A stretch of 64,000 nucleotides of DNA from an uncultured virus (IMG/VR IMGVR_UViG_2645728113_000006) (IMGVR_UViG_2645728113_000006); one strand, 5' to 3'; shown: positions 9,935-20,068, counted from the first letter of the stretch. Made by a program: numbers and translations. Notes: a model not told the origin generated them from the sequence alone.

Positions 9935-10942
9935 TTATGCGGCGGCGCGCTTGAGCTGCTCGGTAAGCTGAGTTGGCAGCCTGCGTAACATCAGAGTGCC
10001 GCCAGCTTCGTCGAACTCGATCTTGTCGCCCAAAAGGTGCGCTTCGAAGCTGATCGACATGCCTTCGGCCCGACCAGTGAAGCGCCGGAATTTGTTGAGG
10101 GTCTTCTTGTCCGGTGGCAGGGTCTCGGAAAGGCCGTAGTCCTTCGCCTTGATGAAGTCGTAGAAGTTCTTCGGACGGTCTTCATCGATCAGGCCCGACA
10201 GTTCGTCGAGGGTAATCGTCTCGCCCAACTTGGCCTGGGCCATCGAGTAGCTGACCAGCGTGTGGGTCTTCTCGCGGGCCGCATCTTCGACCATGTCCTC
10301 GCTTTCTACGAAGTCACTGAACGCCTTCAGCAGCGTGCGGGTTTCGCCCGGCGCGTCGATTCCTTCCTGGCAGCCGATGAAGTCACGGAAATAATCGTTG
10401 AGCTTCCGGCCCTGCTTGCCCTTGAGGTACGAAATGTACTGTTTCGACTGCTTGTTGGTCTGCCATTCACTGATGTTGATGCGTGCGGCCAGACGGATAT
10501 GGTCCAGATCCAGGCGCTTCACCGTCATCAGGGCCAGCTCTTCGGTCATGGTCACCGCTTCTGTTTCCTGCACAAGGGCGATGGCAAGGTATTCGGTCAT
10601 ACCTTGCTGGTAGTGGCAGAAGAGGGCGTGCCCGCCAGTGGTGAGGTTTGATTCTTCCATCATCTGGGTCAGGTGTTCGACGGCGGTGGTGCTGAACGAC
10701 AGGAAGTCGGTAGCGCCGGCCATGTACTTGCCTAGCCAGCCGCTGAATGGGTAAGCGCCTGACTCTTGGTGGAAGAAGCCCCAGCCCTTGCCTGCGGTGG
10801 CGTTGTAGCTTTCGTTGAGCTGGCCCATCAGGTCGTCGCGGGCTTGGCTATCTACCTGCTCGGATGCGCCCAGAAACAGCACGGCCGGACTGCCGTCGGG
10901 CTTCTTGTCGATCTTGTGGATGACGCTATGGCGTACAGGCAT
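9935..10942 (-). CDS. Nucleoid-associated protein NdpA/YejK family, phage copy
   Basis: [17 protein letters not shown]...YFRDFIGC family signature. Confidence 0.9.
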   Translation of the reverse strand: MPVRHSVIHKIDKKPDGSPAVLFLGASEQVDSQARDDLMGQLNESYNATAGKGWGFFHQESGAYPFSGWLGKYMAGATDFLSFSTTAVEHLTQMMEESNLTTGGHALFCHYQQGMTEYLAIALVQETEAVTMTEELALMTVKRLDLDHIRLAARINISEWQTNKQSKQYISYLKGKQGRKLNDYFRDFIGCQEGIDAPGETRTLLKAFSDFVESEDMVEDAAREKTHTLVSYSMAQAKLGETITLDELSGLIDEDRPKNFYDFIKAKDYGLSETLPPDKKTLNKFRRFTGRAEGMSISFEAHLLGDKIEFDEAGGTLMLRRLPTQLTEQLKRAAA

Positions 10943-11051
10943 TTCGTTTACCTCGGGTAAGCGCCGCCCTCCGTGTCCGGTGGTGGCAAATTGGTTTGGG
11001 TTGGGGTATTGATGGGCGGCCCGGCATGGAGCCGGATCAAGGAGCTAAAAA

Positions 11052-11372
11052 ATGTATGCAGGTGAAGTGTCCGTCGACTCGATGAAAGCATTCGGAATTG
11101 CCATCGATACAAGGCATGGCAAAGCAAGCGAGTTAGCGGAGATGCTTAGTTTCTGCGCTGCTATTGAAAAAACCGGATTAAAGAATCGGGTTATTAGTCT
11201 GTTCTATGATTCCAACAGCTGCTGCTGCACATTCGAGTTGTGCCCCTCAGTTGAAGAATTCGACGAGGTCGCTGAAGGCATCAAGCGTGCAGCTTTAAAA
11301 ACGATCGGTCAGTTTGAATGGTTTGGCACCATCAACCATGGAGCCCCGATTGAAGCTGATCTGGAGCTATAA
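11052..11372 (+). CDS. Hypothetical accessory protein
   Basis: AAGGAG RBS; follows a boundary repeat. Confidence 0.7.
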   Translation: MYAGEVSVDSMKAFGIAIDTRHGKASELAEMLSFCAAIEKTGLKNRVISLFYDSNSCCCTFELCPSVEEFDEVAEGIKRAALKTIGQFEWFGTINHGAPIEADLEL

Positions 11373-11682
11373 CTTCGTCACCTGGGTCGCGCCTAATCTC
11401 GGCCAAGCTTTGATTTCTGAATTCCAGCGCCACGTTTTCGTCAATCAGGATTTCGTGGCGCGGATAGCTCAAGAAGGCCGCGAGCTCTTCGTCGGTCATT
11501 AAGTCCATCTTCATGATGGCGATCTGCATGACCTCGCTGATGATCGGCACCTGGCCGCGCAGCCGAATACGTTCCATGGCCTGCTCGATGCCAGGCCTTA
11601 CTTTGTGCCGCAACTCCTTCTCGGCTACGGCCTGGCGTTTTTGCGCGGCTTTGGCCGATCTTTCCTGAACAGTCTTTGCCAT
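11332..11682 (-). CDS. Phage early hypothetical protein
   Basis: GAGG RBS; operon orientation. Confidence 0.7.
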   Translation of the reverse strand: MAKTVQERSAKAAQKRQAVAEKELRHKVRPGIEQAMERIRLRGQVPIISEVMQIAIMKMDLMTDEELAAFLSYPRHEILIDENVALEFRNQSLAEIRRDPGDEVIAPDQLQSGLHG

Positions 11683-11794
11683 GGCCTACCTCTTCTATTC
11701 CGCTGGCAGGCAGTGCGAGCCAGGTCAGCAGGTGACTCGGATGTTAATGTGGCGCTGGCAATGAGAGCAGCCTCAGCCAGCGCGCGACAGATCG

Positions 11795-12571
11795 TTAGGC
11801 TGTAGGCCTTACCCGGAAGGCCAGCAACACTGGGCCGAATGGGAAGGTACTGACTTCCAGCTCATCTAATGGGTTGAGCGTGCGTGTGCGCCCACCAGCG
11901 TTGCTGTAGATCGTATGGCTGCTCGATACTGCGATGTTGACCTTGCCTGCGGCTGCTTGGATCAGAGTGACCTTGAACCCTTCAGTCACATCGTCACCGA
12001 TCGTAAGCGTGACGTCTGTGTCGCTAATGACCAGGATCGACTTACCTGAATCCGCCATGGTCAGTGACCTGCTACCAGTGATAGATACATTGGGGTGCAC
12101 ATGCCCACCGGCGTGGTAGCTGACCATCCTGGGGTCGGCGAAGACACGGGCGAAGGAACCGACATAATTGACACTGGCGCGCATGTCATCGAATTGCTCG
12201 ACCACATAGGTACCGACGCTGCCGGAGACTTCTCCGTCGGGGTCCAAAACCCATTTGCGTCCTACCATCAGCCCGATCTGGGTGTTGGCACGTACACCGG
12301 CACGCATCTCTTCGAGAAACAGTTGACTGATCTGGCCGCCGCCTTTGCCTTGGGCATAGGTAAATCGTGCAATGGAGTGGCTGTCACCCGTAGGGCTGCC
12401 CTGGGAAGTATCGACCTGGTAGTCGACAAAGTCCGCCGAGACGATGGTGGTCGTAGTGTTGGCGTTAGGCGCCCAAGTGAAATCCAAGACCCTTCCGGTT
12501 TTAACCTGTTCTAGCGAGGTGGTGGTCTGAGAGGTAGTGGTGGAGCCTGACTGCTTCAAATCATCGTTCAT
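11795..12571 (-). CDS. Hypothetical protein with tail-fibre-like beta-rich C-terminal domain
   Basis: Long ORF; AAGGA RBS before ATG 12571; SLTMADSGKSI...VTLT...GFKVTLIQAAAGKV pattern. Confidence 0.65.
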   Translation of the reverse strand: MNDDLKQSGSTTTSQTTTSLEQVKTGRVLDFTWAPNANTTTTIVSADFVDYQVDTSQGSPTGDSHSIARFTYAQGKGGGQISQLFLEEMRAGVRANTQIGLMVGRKWVLDPDGEVSGSVGTYVVEQFDDMRASVNYVGSFARVFADPRMVSYHAGGHVHPNVSITGSRSLTMADSGKSILVISDTDVTLTIGDDVTEGFKVTLIQAAAGKVNIAVSSSHTIYSNAGGRTRTLNPLDELEVSTFPFGPVLLAFRVRPTA

Positions 12572-12674
12572 GTTACTCATCCTTAAGTGGAGTGCGTGTT
12601 TGAGTGCGGGCCGAAATGGCCCGAAGCGAATGACCGCCGTCATATCGCCACTTTTCCTACAGAACCATAGTGCT

Positions 12675-13238
12675 TCACTTGATTCGTATGGTGCTGTCGC
12701 CGCGCTCCAGGTGAGCCCAGGCTGGTTCGGGTAAAAGATCGTGCTCCGCATCCTCACCGGCCGCCATACTCTTTCTTACGGCTGCGTTGTGATCTCGGAT
12801 TTCCTTGAGCTTGGTCGCGATAGCACGCTTGTCGGGAGAGAACACTGTTTTGGTGTCGATGAAGTCATCCGGGATATCGTCCTCTTTATCGACGATGACC
12901 TTTTCAGGTGCCAGAGCCAAAGTGATCGTGAACAAGGGGCGCCTGATCGTCTTGATATCGGCGGCCTCCATGTTATTGCGCAGGTACTCGTCGAGCTTGC
13001 CGACGGTATTCTTCCGGATGCGCTTGAGCTCGTTCAGCCGATCAACCTCTTTTTCGATTGCGTCGATATCTCCCTGGATGTTCAGACTCAACATGACAAC
13101 GCTTTCCGCTTTGTCGCTGAACTCACCTTGAATCTCTTCCATGGCGTGCTGCAAAGCTTCTTTCAGGCCTTCGTCATCGGTGTCGGCCATCGCTTGTAGT
13201 TCGGCGAGCTTGCCGGTGAGGGTGTAGAGCTGGGTCAT
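12675..13238 (-). CDS. Siphovirus Gp157 family protein
   Basis: MTQLYTLT start, coiled coil, IPDDF..., HLERG..IRIK end; follows the annealase. Confidence 0.85.
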   Translation of the reverse strand: MTQLYTLTGKLAELQAMADTDDEGLKEALQHAMEEIQGEFSDKAESVVMLSLNIQGDIDAIEKEVDRLNELKRIRKNTVGKLDEYLRNNMEAADIKTIRRPLFTITLALAPEKVIVDKEDDIPDDFIDTKTVFSPDKRAIATKLKEIRDHNAAVRKSMAAGEDAEHDLLPEPAWAHLERGDSTIRIK

Positions 13239-13960
13239 GCTGCAGCCTCCTTATCGGCGTCGGTGATTCGCTTCCATTCCAGCGAGACGCGCTCGGCACC
13301 CTTGGTGTCTTTGCGTAGGGTTAGTTTGCGCACCGCCACGTCATGGATCTTTTTCAGTTCCTGAGGAGACTGGGCACTGGCCATCGTGTCGATGACTGAT
13401 TTGATGTAGTCCAGGCGTTCCTGCTGTTGGCGAGCTTTCTCGGCTTCTTGATCTTCAGCTTGCTCGATCAGTTCTTCATCCTTCAGCTGGTTGACGTACT
13501 CGGCGTCGTCAAACATCCCAAGGAACACGTCGGCACTGAAGCCGAGCATTGATAGTGATTTCTTGATGGCATCGGTGAGCGACTTCTTTGGCGCCTCGCC
13601 ATCGGTAGTCGTGCCGAACTTCGACTTGTAGAGGTAGCGCGTGCAGCCGTACTGCTCTATCTCGCCGCGTTTGCCATCCAACTCAAACCAGAAGCGGATC
13701 TTGATGGTGTGGTTCAGTTCGCGACCCAATACCAGGCGCTTGTCTCCTTCACCGCTGACCATTTCAGCGCCTTCGTCGAAGCGCTCCTCAATAACTGACC
13801 AACCGAACCCGATCCCTACAGGGCCGAACACTTCGGTCGCCTTCATGATCATCGCGGTACCGTTCAGACTGGTGATCTTCTGACCGCCAACCTCGGCAGG
13901 TTTTGTATAGCGGGTATCGGTCGTGCAGACCTTTTCCCAAATCTGCATGTTCGTCGACAT
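13235..13960 (-). CDS. Single-strand annealing recombinase (Rad52/Sak-like)
   Basis: ATEVFGPVGIGFGW and KKSLTDAIKKSLSMLGFSADVF motifs. Confidence 0.7.
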   Translation of the reverse strand: MSTNMQIWEKVCTTDTRYTKPAEVGGQKITSLNGTAMIMKATEVFGPVGIGFGWSVIEERFDEGAEMVSGEGDKRLVLGRELNHTIKIRFWFELDGKRGEIEQYGCTRYLYKSKFGTTTDGEAPKKSLTDAIKKSLSMLGFSADVFLGMFDDAEYVNQLKDEELIEQAEDQEAEKARQQQERLDYIKSVIDTMASAQSPQELKKIHDVAVRKLTLRKDTKGAERVSLEWKRITDADKEAAA

Positions 13961-14037
13961 GAGAAGTCCTTGCCGCGATGATCGCAGCGTTCAAAGTGAC
14001 TGAGTGGATGGTGGAATTGAAGGGGGCGGGCGTAAGG

Positions 14038-14229
14038 TCAGCGCTGCTGCTGAACCCGATAGCGAAGTACCTGAAGCACTCGACCGCCGTAACCAGGTTC
14101 TGCGTACTGCTCAACTGGCGCACCGAAGAAGCCGCGGCGTTCGGCCAGGCTGTAGGCCTCGCGAAGGTTATGAGCGCTGATATCTTCGAGCTGCTCGTCG
14201 ATCAGTGATTTAACCGGTGCGGTAGTCAT
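14038..14229 (-). CDS. Phage hypothetical protein
   Basis: ATGA overlap with the upstream gene, AAGGAG RBS. Confidence 0.65.
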   Translation of the reverse strand: MTTAPVKSLIDEQLEDISAHNLREAYSLAERRGFFGAPVEQYAEPGYGGRVLQVLRYRVQQQR

Positions 14230-14417
14230 GCCTTCTCCTTACGCCGCCGGCTGACATCCAGGAGGCGTGCGCTATACCAATGAAATTCTTCTGCGTTGAT
14301 GGCGCCTGAGGTGAAGTGGCGCACGATCAAACCCTCAGCCAAGATCTCTTCGAGGGCGGGCTTATCTGGATCTTCAAGCGCAAACAGCGCTTTATCGATC
14401 TCAACGTAGGGGCTCAC
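14226..14417 (-). CDS. Phage hypothetical protein
   Basis: GTGA overlap coupling. Confidence 0.65.
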   Translation of the reverse strand: MSPYVEIDKALFALEDPDKPALEEILAEGLIVRHFTSGAINAEEFHWYSARLLDVSRRRKEKA

Positions 14418-14836
14418 AGTTCGTTGTCCTCGGCCTGGGCGATCAGAGCGTCATCAGCCAAAGGTTGAAGGAGGCGTTCGGCAATCTCGCCGAGCTTTCC
14501 CAGTGGATGGTCGCTCCGACCGAGTAGCTCCAGAGCTTCCGATTTCACCCTTGAGCCCGCCATCCCAGCGATCAGCAAGTAGCCCAGGGCTGGAGCGTCG
14601 ACGCCGCAGTCGGCAAGTAGGTTGTTGGCGTACTCATCGACAGCCAGTGCGAACTGGTAGGCCGTGACGCCTTGCTGTGGGTGCAGGTGGCGCTTGAACA
14701 CCACGCTGCCACCTCTGGCCAGCTCTTCGGCGGCGTTGTACAGCCATTCAGTGCGGGCCAATTGCTGAGAGGTTTCGCTCACCGGGGGCGGCAGTTGTTC
14801 GTCGTGCTCAAACTGAGCCTTGCGTAGTGCTGACAT
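14414..14836 (-). CDS. Phage hypothetical protein
   Basis: GGAGG RBS before ATG 14836. Confidence 0.7.
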   Translation of the reverse strand: MSALRKAQFEHDEQLPPPVSETSQQLARTEWLYNAAEELARGGSVVFKRHLHPQQGVTAYQFALAVDEYANNLLADCGVDAPALGYLLIAGMAGSRVKSEALELLGRSDHPLGKLGEIAERLLQPLADDALIAQAEDNEL

Positions 14837-15029
14837 GGTCGCCTCCAAAGTGGCGGGTTGTTCACCTATATTCGTAAACACTCATGCCTCCCGCTGGTTG
14901 CCGATGGGCGCGGGGAGGAGTGCTGACGGGTAGAGGCGCACAGGGGCATTAGCGTTTTGTCTTGGCAGCTAATATCATCCAAGCGCTGCATACATGGATG
15001 ATCATTACTTTCCCTATGGGGCTGCTTAA

Positions 15030-15413
15030 ATGGAAAGAAGCTACTTTTTGACGATGCTTTTACTGGTCCTTCATCAGATAGATGCTGCCTTTTGGCGCGA
15101 GTGGGAGTTGTTTTTCTTGCCCGGTGGTGTTCAAGGCTTTCTGCTCTTCAATGCCTTAGTCATACCCGTGTTAATGATTGGGTATCGGCATGTTTTACTG
15201 GGCACGAGTCGCGCGTCGTTCTTTGCCAAGATCTGCGCTGGTTTAGGTACGCTGACATTCGTTATCCATGCCGGACTCGCTCTGGCTGGCGCGCATCAGT
15301 TTCATTTGCCCGCTTCTATTGCCGTCATAATTCTTTGTTTGATCAGCTCGATATGGTTGCTGGTCAATACCCGAAATCACGATGCTAGGCTTGCTGACTC
15401 TCCTGCGATCTGA
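15030..15413 (+). CDS. Four-TM membrane moron protein (DUF6713-like)
   Basis: HQIDAAFWREW motif, hydrophobic helices. Confidence 0.7.
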   Translation: MERSYFLTMLLLVLHQIDAAFWREWELFFLPGGVQGFLLFNALVIPVLMIGYRHVLLGTSRASFFAKICAGLGTLTFVIHAGLALAGAHQFHLPASIAVIILCLISSIWLLVNTRNHDARLADSPAI

Positions 15414-15583
15414 TGCGTTTAAGCGGCTAGGCCGCGCCTTCGTACGCATCGGACTGCTCTCAGGCTTCCGGTGGAGGTTCTTGAACAGTCTCAAGCCTGC
15501 CGTGAAAGGTGGAGAGCAGTCCGATGCGCTCTCATAGAGAGGATCGGGCAGTTAACGTGAGGCTCACGTTTGGCGCTGGTTGT

Positions 15584-16369
15584 TCAGTCGTAAATTCCGT
15601 AGCTCAGGTCATCCGTATCGCAATCGATCAAAAGCATTGCGTTGCCGAAGTACAGGGCTGCCAACATGCGCTCCCACTTCGAATAAACCTGCATGTTAAT
15701 GGCTAGCTTTTTGTCATCCAGCTTTGCGCTGTAGACCTCGCCAAAGGCGATGGTTGGTTTCCAGCGATCGCCGGTTTCACGTTCGCCTTTGATGCTCACG
15801 TGCAGAGCATGTTTCAGGCTGTAGTTGCTGCGTGAGGATGACGAGTAGTGGCTGCTCCGGTAACTGCCTTCTGGCTCCGGATCGAAGTAGATGTGAAGTG
15901 TTTTGTGTGAGTAGCTGCCGTCTCCTTCCTCAATACGGATTTCCGGACGCTCCCATTGGCCTTCTGCTGCGCTGTCCTTGTGATGCTCGATGAATTCGTC
16001 GAGCAGGGCCTTCAGCGATACCTCGCCAGCTATCAGGCCATCGCCGGTAAGCACCTCAGTGATCGACTTGTCCGCCTGCTCCAAGATGATTGCGCCCAGG
16101 CCAGCCGCTTCCCACCGCTGACGAAGCGCATTCGCCACTACTGCGTTGTAACGCTGAAGGTCGAACACGTCGGAGACGTTGGCCGGCAACGCAGCCTTGA
16201 CAGCCTCCTTGATGGCTCCGCCGAAATCGCCATAGGAGCGGAAGGTGTCGCTAACAACTTCTTTGAACAGCTTCTCGATACCCTCGTCGATCAGCTCGCG
16301 CGGGCGGTCTGACTGGGCGTATGCAGTGACGCGCTCGGCAAGCAGCGCTTGAAGGGTTTGTTCGCTCAT
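15584..16369 (-). CDS. Phage hypothetical protein
   Basis: 261 aa ORF with GGAG RBS. Confidence 0.8.
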   Translation of the reverse strand: MSEQTLQALLAERVTAYAQSDRPRELIDEGIEKLFKEVVSDTFRSYGDFGGAIKEAVKAALPANVSDVFDLQRYNAVVANALRQRWEAAGLGAIILEQADKSITEVLTGDGLIAGEVSLKALLDEFIEHHKDSAAEGQWERPEIRIEEGDGSYSHKTLHIYFDPEPEGSYRSSHYSSSSRSNYSLKHALHVSIKGERETGDRWKPTIAFGEVYSAKLDDKKLAINMQVYSKWERMLAALYFGNAMLLIDCDTDDLSYGIYD

Positions 16370-16438
16370 TTGAGGCTCCGTGCTTGATGGGTTGTTTTCC
16401 CGCTGCCACCGATGCGGTGGCAGAAGTGAAAAGGTCCG

Positions 16439-16630
16439 TCATGCAGTCAACGCGATCAGCTTCTGGCGGCAGTCGCGAACCTCGGCCATGCAGCGAGCGG
16501 CTTCAGTCTTGTCACCGCCGCGCAGCGCTTGCTTGGCCCAGTGCGTCCAGTCATCAATGAAGCCTTGAAGGTCCGCGGCGAGCGCTTGCTGGGTGCTGAC
16601 GAACTGACCTTTGTCGTTACGAATAGCCAT
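16439..16630 (-). CDS. Phage hypothetical protein, first clear gene of the leftward operon
   Basis: GAGGA RBS before MAIRNDKGQF. Confidence 0.65.
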   Translation of the reverse strand: MAIRNDKGQFVSTQQALAADLQGFIDDWTHWAKQALRGGDKTEAARCMAEVRDCRQKLIALTA

Positions 16631-16969
16631 GGTGAATTCCTCTTGGTTGTCATCCCAAGCAGCCCTCGCGAGAAGGCTGCTCAGTGATGCTTTCCACCGT
16701 GACCCGCTACTGGCGTCGGTCACCGGATTGAATCAATTGTTCTTCCAGCCGCGGGCCTTTCGGCTTGTTCTCCCGCTGGATAACTGTTCTTGGCGCTTTA
16801 CGCTGCACGCCCGGGTCAGTTGCCAACCCTCTGAACCGTTGAGGCCGGTTCATCGCTGCCTTTGAATCTGGGCCGGTGGTGATCCGGCAAGGGTGAAGCT
16901 GTGTGACTAAAGAACTGGTCAGGCCCTGAGGCCCTTCGCAGTGGCTGTGTGTCGCTGCGATGGAGTTAA

Positions 16970-17030
16970 TTTAGCCTCAAGCTAAAATATCGTCAATAGC
17001 TCCAAGCTAAATATTTAGCGATGGGCGAAA
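16970..17030. promoter_or_regulatory. OL: three repressor operators, consensus TTTAGC-N5-GCTAAA
   Basis: 16970-16986, 16995-17011, 17014-17030; the same motif occurs three times between cI and cro. Confidence 0.88.
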
Positions 17031-17123
17031 TTATCGCGATCCGCCAGGTCTCGCTGAGCCGATGCCTGAGGTCCATAAACGCTTTACGCGTCAGTTAGCA
17101 GTGAGCTATGATTTTTCCATTAG

Positions 17124-17139
17124 CTGTATGGATGTACAG
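17124..17139. promoter_or_regulatory. LexA (SOS) box
   Basis: CTGTATGGATGTACAG fits CTGT-N8-ACAG. Confidence 0.85.
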
Positions 17140-17161
17140 CATTTAATCGGGAGGGAATTTC

Positions 17162-17473
17162 ATGGCAAAGAAGCAGACGGCACTGGCAGCACAGCAGGAA
17201 ATGAGCGGCATGGAGCGCCTCGCGCTGCGCGTCTCATCGATGATCAATCACCCCGTGGCACAGACGCAGCGCTGGGTGACGATTCATCGCCTGGACACGG
17301 ATGGGGATCGGGAGTGGGAGGAGGTGCTGAGCGTGATCGCTGATACCGACGAACTCGAGCTGACGCTCAATGACGATGGCAGCGTGACGGTTAGGTGGGA
17401 GCAGCAGGAAGTCGAGTCAAAGGGAAGGGGAGAGGTCGAGTTTGAACCGGAAGAAGAGGCGGCGCCATTCTGA
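17162..17473 (+). CDS. DUF1654-like protein, predicted SOS-inducible
   Basis: RVSSMINHPVAQ..RWVTIHRLDTD motif; GGAGG RBS. Confidence 0.8.
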   Translation: MAKKQTALAAQQEMSGMERLALRVSSMINHPVAQTQRWVTIHRLDTDGDREWEEVLSVIADTDELELTLNDDGSVTVRWEQQEVESKGRGEVEFEPEEEAAPF

Positions 17474-17479
17474 CGCGCA

Positions 17480-17505
17480 TAAAAAAGCCCGCGCTTTGCG
17501 GGCTC
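17480..17505. terminator. Intrinsic terminator
   Basis: AAAAAAGCCCGC-GCTTT-GCGGGCT. Confidence 0.7.
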
Positions 17506-17521
17506 ACTTAAGAATGGTTAT

Positions 17522-18097
17522 TCAGTCATTAATGGGCGAGTACTTCCCGCTTACTGAATCCCTGTAGACGATCTCACTGAACAGTCTGGGGCCGTCGCGC
17601 ATCGTGACCAGGGCTTGCTTTGCCTCTTCCTTGGTTTCAAATGGGCCGGCACCCACTGCCAGGCCAGCCATTGGAACAACCGGAAGTCCTGTGCTGGCAA
17701 TTGCCGCAATGGTTCGCTGCTGTTCTTCTTCGTCACGGCAGGCAGTTGATGCAACCCATCCATTTTTAAGGCGCGGGGCGGCTACTGGCTCGACGTCTGC
17801 ACCGCAGTGCTTGCACTTGACCGCAGCAGTCTTGATGCTCTCGGCGCACATTGGGCAGGGGCGAGTATCTTTCTCTACCTGGGCGGCAGTAGGGGAGCCT
17901 TTACCACCCAACAAAACCATGAGCAACCCGGCGAGCGCAATCACTCCGCCAACAATGGTATGGATCTGGCGGTCAGCCATGAGCCCCAGGTTATTCACTC
18001 TGCCGCCGACGCCAGTCGGCACGGAGACATCCATACTCAGCGCGAAGATTAGCCAGCAGACGCCTATGATCAGCGCGAACGTCCCAAATCCTTTCAT
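17522..18097 (-). CDS. Membrane protein with zinc ribbon and SPOR-like C-terminus
   Basis: Two TM helices; CPMCAE...CKHCG; VGAGPFETKEEA. Confidence 0.8.
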   Translation of the reverse strand: MKGFGTFALIIGVCWLIFALSMDVSVPTGVGGRVNNLGLMADRQIHTIVGGVIALAGLLMVLLGGKGSPTAAQVEKDTRPCPMCAESIKTAAVKCKHCGADVEPVAAPRLKNGWVASTACRDEEEQQRTIAAIASTGLPVVPMAGLAVGAGPFETKEEAKQALVTMRDGPRLFSEIVYRDSVSGKYSPIND

Positions 18098-18207
18098 CGG
18101 ATCCCTCCCATAATTGAGCCAGCACTTTACCATCCGTGGCGTACAGCCACCATTGGCGAGGAGGGAGGCATGGGGCGTACTTCGACTACGCTTACGAAGG
18201 TCAAGTG

Positions 18208-18408
18208 ATGGATACGCTCATGAACTCGTACAGAATAATGAAAACCAAAGATGGCTGGGGCTTGTTTCGGACTGGCTCAGTTAAGCCACTTGCTGCAGCA
18301 TCGACCAAGGACGGGTTGGTAGCGCTGGCGACTCCCTTTATCGCAGGAGCGGCAGCGTCCGTGAGAGTCCACAATGAAAACGGCACCTTCCAGGAGCTGA
18401 GGTTTTAG
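18208..18408 (+). CDS. DUF2188-like small protein
   Basis: DGWGL...TK...SVRVHNENGTFQE. Confidence 0.6.
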   Translation: MDTLMNSYRIMKTKDGWGLFRTGSVKPLAAASTKDGLVALATPFIAGAAASVRVHNENGTFQELRF

Positions 18409-18524
18409 CGGGCAACAAAAAGCCCGCACGGGGCGGACTCTCTGTAACCCCAGGGCGCCGATCCTTCAGCCTGCTCAATGGTGGCGTGCCGACAGGTAGA
18501 CGCGAGAAGCCCGTGCCAGGCAGC

Positions 18525-18737
18525 CTATCGATGATGCTTAAGCAGAGATATGAGCATAAACGCGAGCACCAATACACTGACCCCTACCGCAACTCTCCCG
18601 ATCATTCGGAGCTTTTTCCGGTGCTTGGCGAGGCCGCGATCCTGAATACCGTATGTGTAGCGGCTCTCCAGGGAAAATGCAGCGATCGCTATTATCGGCG
18701 GCATTGCTAGGATTGTGCACGAGATTACATTTTTCAT
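18525..18737 (-). CDS. Small two-TM membrane protein
   Basis: GGAG RBS; hydrophobic-basic-hydrophobic pattern. Confidence 0.45.
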   Translation of the reverse strand: MKNVISCTILAMPPIIAIAAFSLESRYTYGIQDRGLAKHRKKLRMIGRVAVGVSVLVLAFMLISLLKHHR

Positions 18738-18937
18738 AACCCGAATCTCCGTAGCGAATTCGCATGGCATTATGCCGCCGTGTTGGTGATGTGAGTCAAT
18801 CCAGGTCAAAAAGAAGAGCGGCGACTGAACTGCAAGCTACCAGAAACAAGAAGCCCGGCGCTGGGCTGTATGTGCTCAATCAATTGATGGCAAAATAGCT
18901 CCTTGCCGAATCGAGCAACCCACAAGCGGAGCGTGTT

Positions 18938-19975
18938 ATGTCAATGGAGCTGGGAGGTAATGGCGGGACTGAAACCTCAGAGAGCACAGTGTTTTTTAGT
19001 GATGAGGATACTGAGGTAAGCCTCCGCTTCGAATCTGATGACCAATCAATTTGGGCTACCAGTCAAAACATAGCTGACCTGTTTGGTGTGGACGTATCAA
19101 ATGCTCGAAAGCACATTCGAAATATCTACTCCGATGATGAGCTAGAGAAAACGGCAACTAAGGCAAAATTTGCCTCAGTTCAAATTGAAGGTGGTCGCGA
19201 AGTTATCCGCCCCGACGTAGCACACTACAGCCTCGATATGATCCTCTCGGTCGGCTATCGGGTGAATGCTAAGAGGGCCGTAAAGTTTCGGCAGTGGGCG
19301 ACTCAGACCCTCAAGGCATACATCGAACAAGGCTACGTAATCAACGAGAAGGCTCTCCGCGAGTCTCCCGAAAAGCTAAACAAGCTGGCCGCCGCGGTTC
19401 GAGCGCTTCGATCTGAAGAAAAACAGGTTTATGCGAAGGTCCGAGAATGTTTCAGGATTTGCGCTTCAGATTACGACCCTCTCTCGAAGGAGGTCAGAAG
19501 CTTCTATGCCCTGCTGCAGGACAAGTTTCATCACGCAGTCACTGGCATGACCAGCTCAAAGCTGATCCTCGATCGCGCAAACCATAAGTCTCAAAATATG
19601 GGCATGCAAGCCATAAAAGGTACATCGCCAACGCTGGAAGAAGCAAAGACCGGTAAAAACTACCTGAATAACGAAGAGCTTTATCGGCTTCATTTGCTCT
19701 CTGAGCAGTTCATGCTATACGCCGAAAGCACCGCTCTCACTAAGCGCCCAATGACTATGGCGTCGCTGCATGGAAAGCTAGATGCTCTACTCATATTCAA
19801 CGACTATCCCGTGTTCAGCGGGTACGAAGATTACATTAAGGAAGAGGCTGTGAGCCACGCTCGACAGGAGCTTGGGCTGTATAAAAAACGCCTAAAAATC
19901 GAGTCGCTTGGTTACGAGTATGACGAAGACGCTTTAGCGGCCGGCGAATACGACGAACTGCTGATTGACGCATAG
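18938..19975 (+). CDS. RhuM family DNA-binding protein
   Basis: YSLDMILSVGYRVNAKRAVKFRQWAT; QDKFHHAVTGMT; KNYL. Confidence 0.88.
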   Translation: MSMELGGNGGTETSESTVFFSDEDTEVSLRFESDDQSIWATSQNIADLFGVDVSNARKHIRNIYSDDELEKTATKAKFASVQIEGGREVIRPDVAHYSLDMILSVGYRVNAKRAVKFRQWATQTLKAYIEQGYVINEKALRESPEKLNKLAAAVRALRSEEKQVYAKVRECFRICASDYDPLSKEVRSFYALLQDKFHHAVTGMTSSKLILDRANHKSQNMGMQAIKGTSPTLEEAKTGKNYLNNEELYRLHLLSEQFMLYAESTALTKRPMTMASLHGKLDALLIFNDYPVFSGYEDYIKEEAVSHARQELGLYKKRLKIESLGYEYDEDALAAGEYDELLIDA

Positions 19976-20068
19976 TTCACATACCGGGCGTCAAGCTGGC
20001 GCCCCCCATAAATCAGAGATGCACCACTTGCTCAGCCTTTCCCCCGCACAATCCTTCCCGCCTTCACC

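Larger units (their letters stand above)
7697..11010. repeat. Five degenerate ~33 bp boundary repeats (CCGGCTGGC...GGGGTATT)
   Basis: Copies at 7697-7729, 8009-8040, 8241-8272, 8621-8654, 10977-11010. Confidence 0.7.

Noticed and set aside
16640..16960. put/nut-like antitermination RNA in the leftward leader
   Set aside because: Several hairpins are present, but none matches a motif I can name with confidence
16998..17009. Ungapped join of tract 2 dinucleotides (AGCTCCAAGCTA) matches OL operator 2
   Set aside because: Only 12 bases and it does not extend; the gapped reading explains both tracts in the same register. Probably chance, but cheap to test
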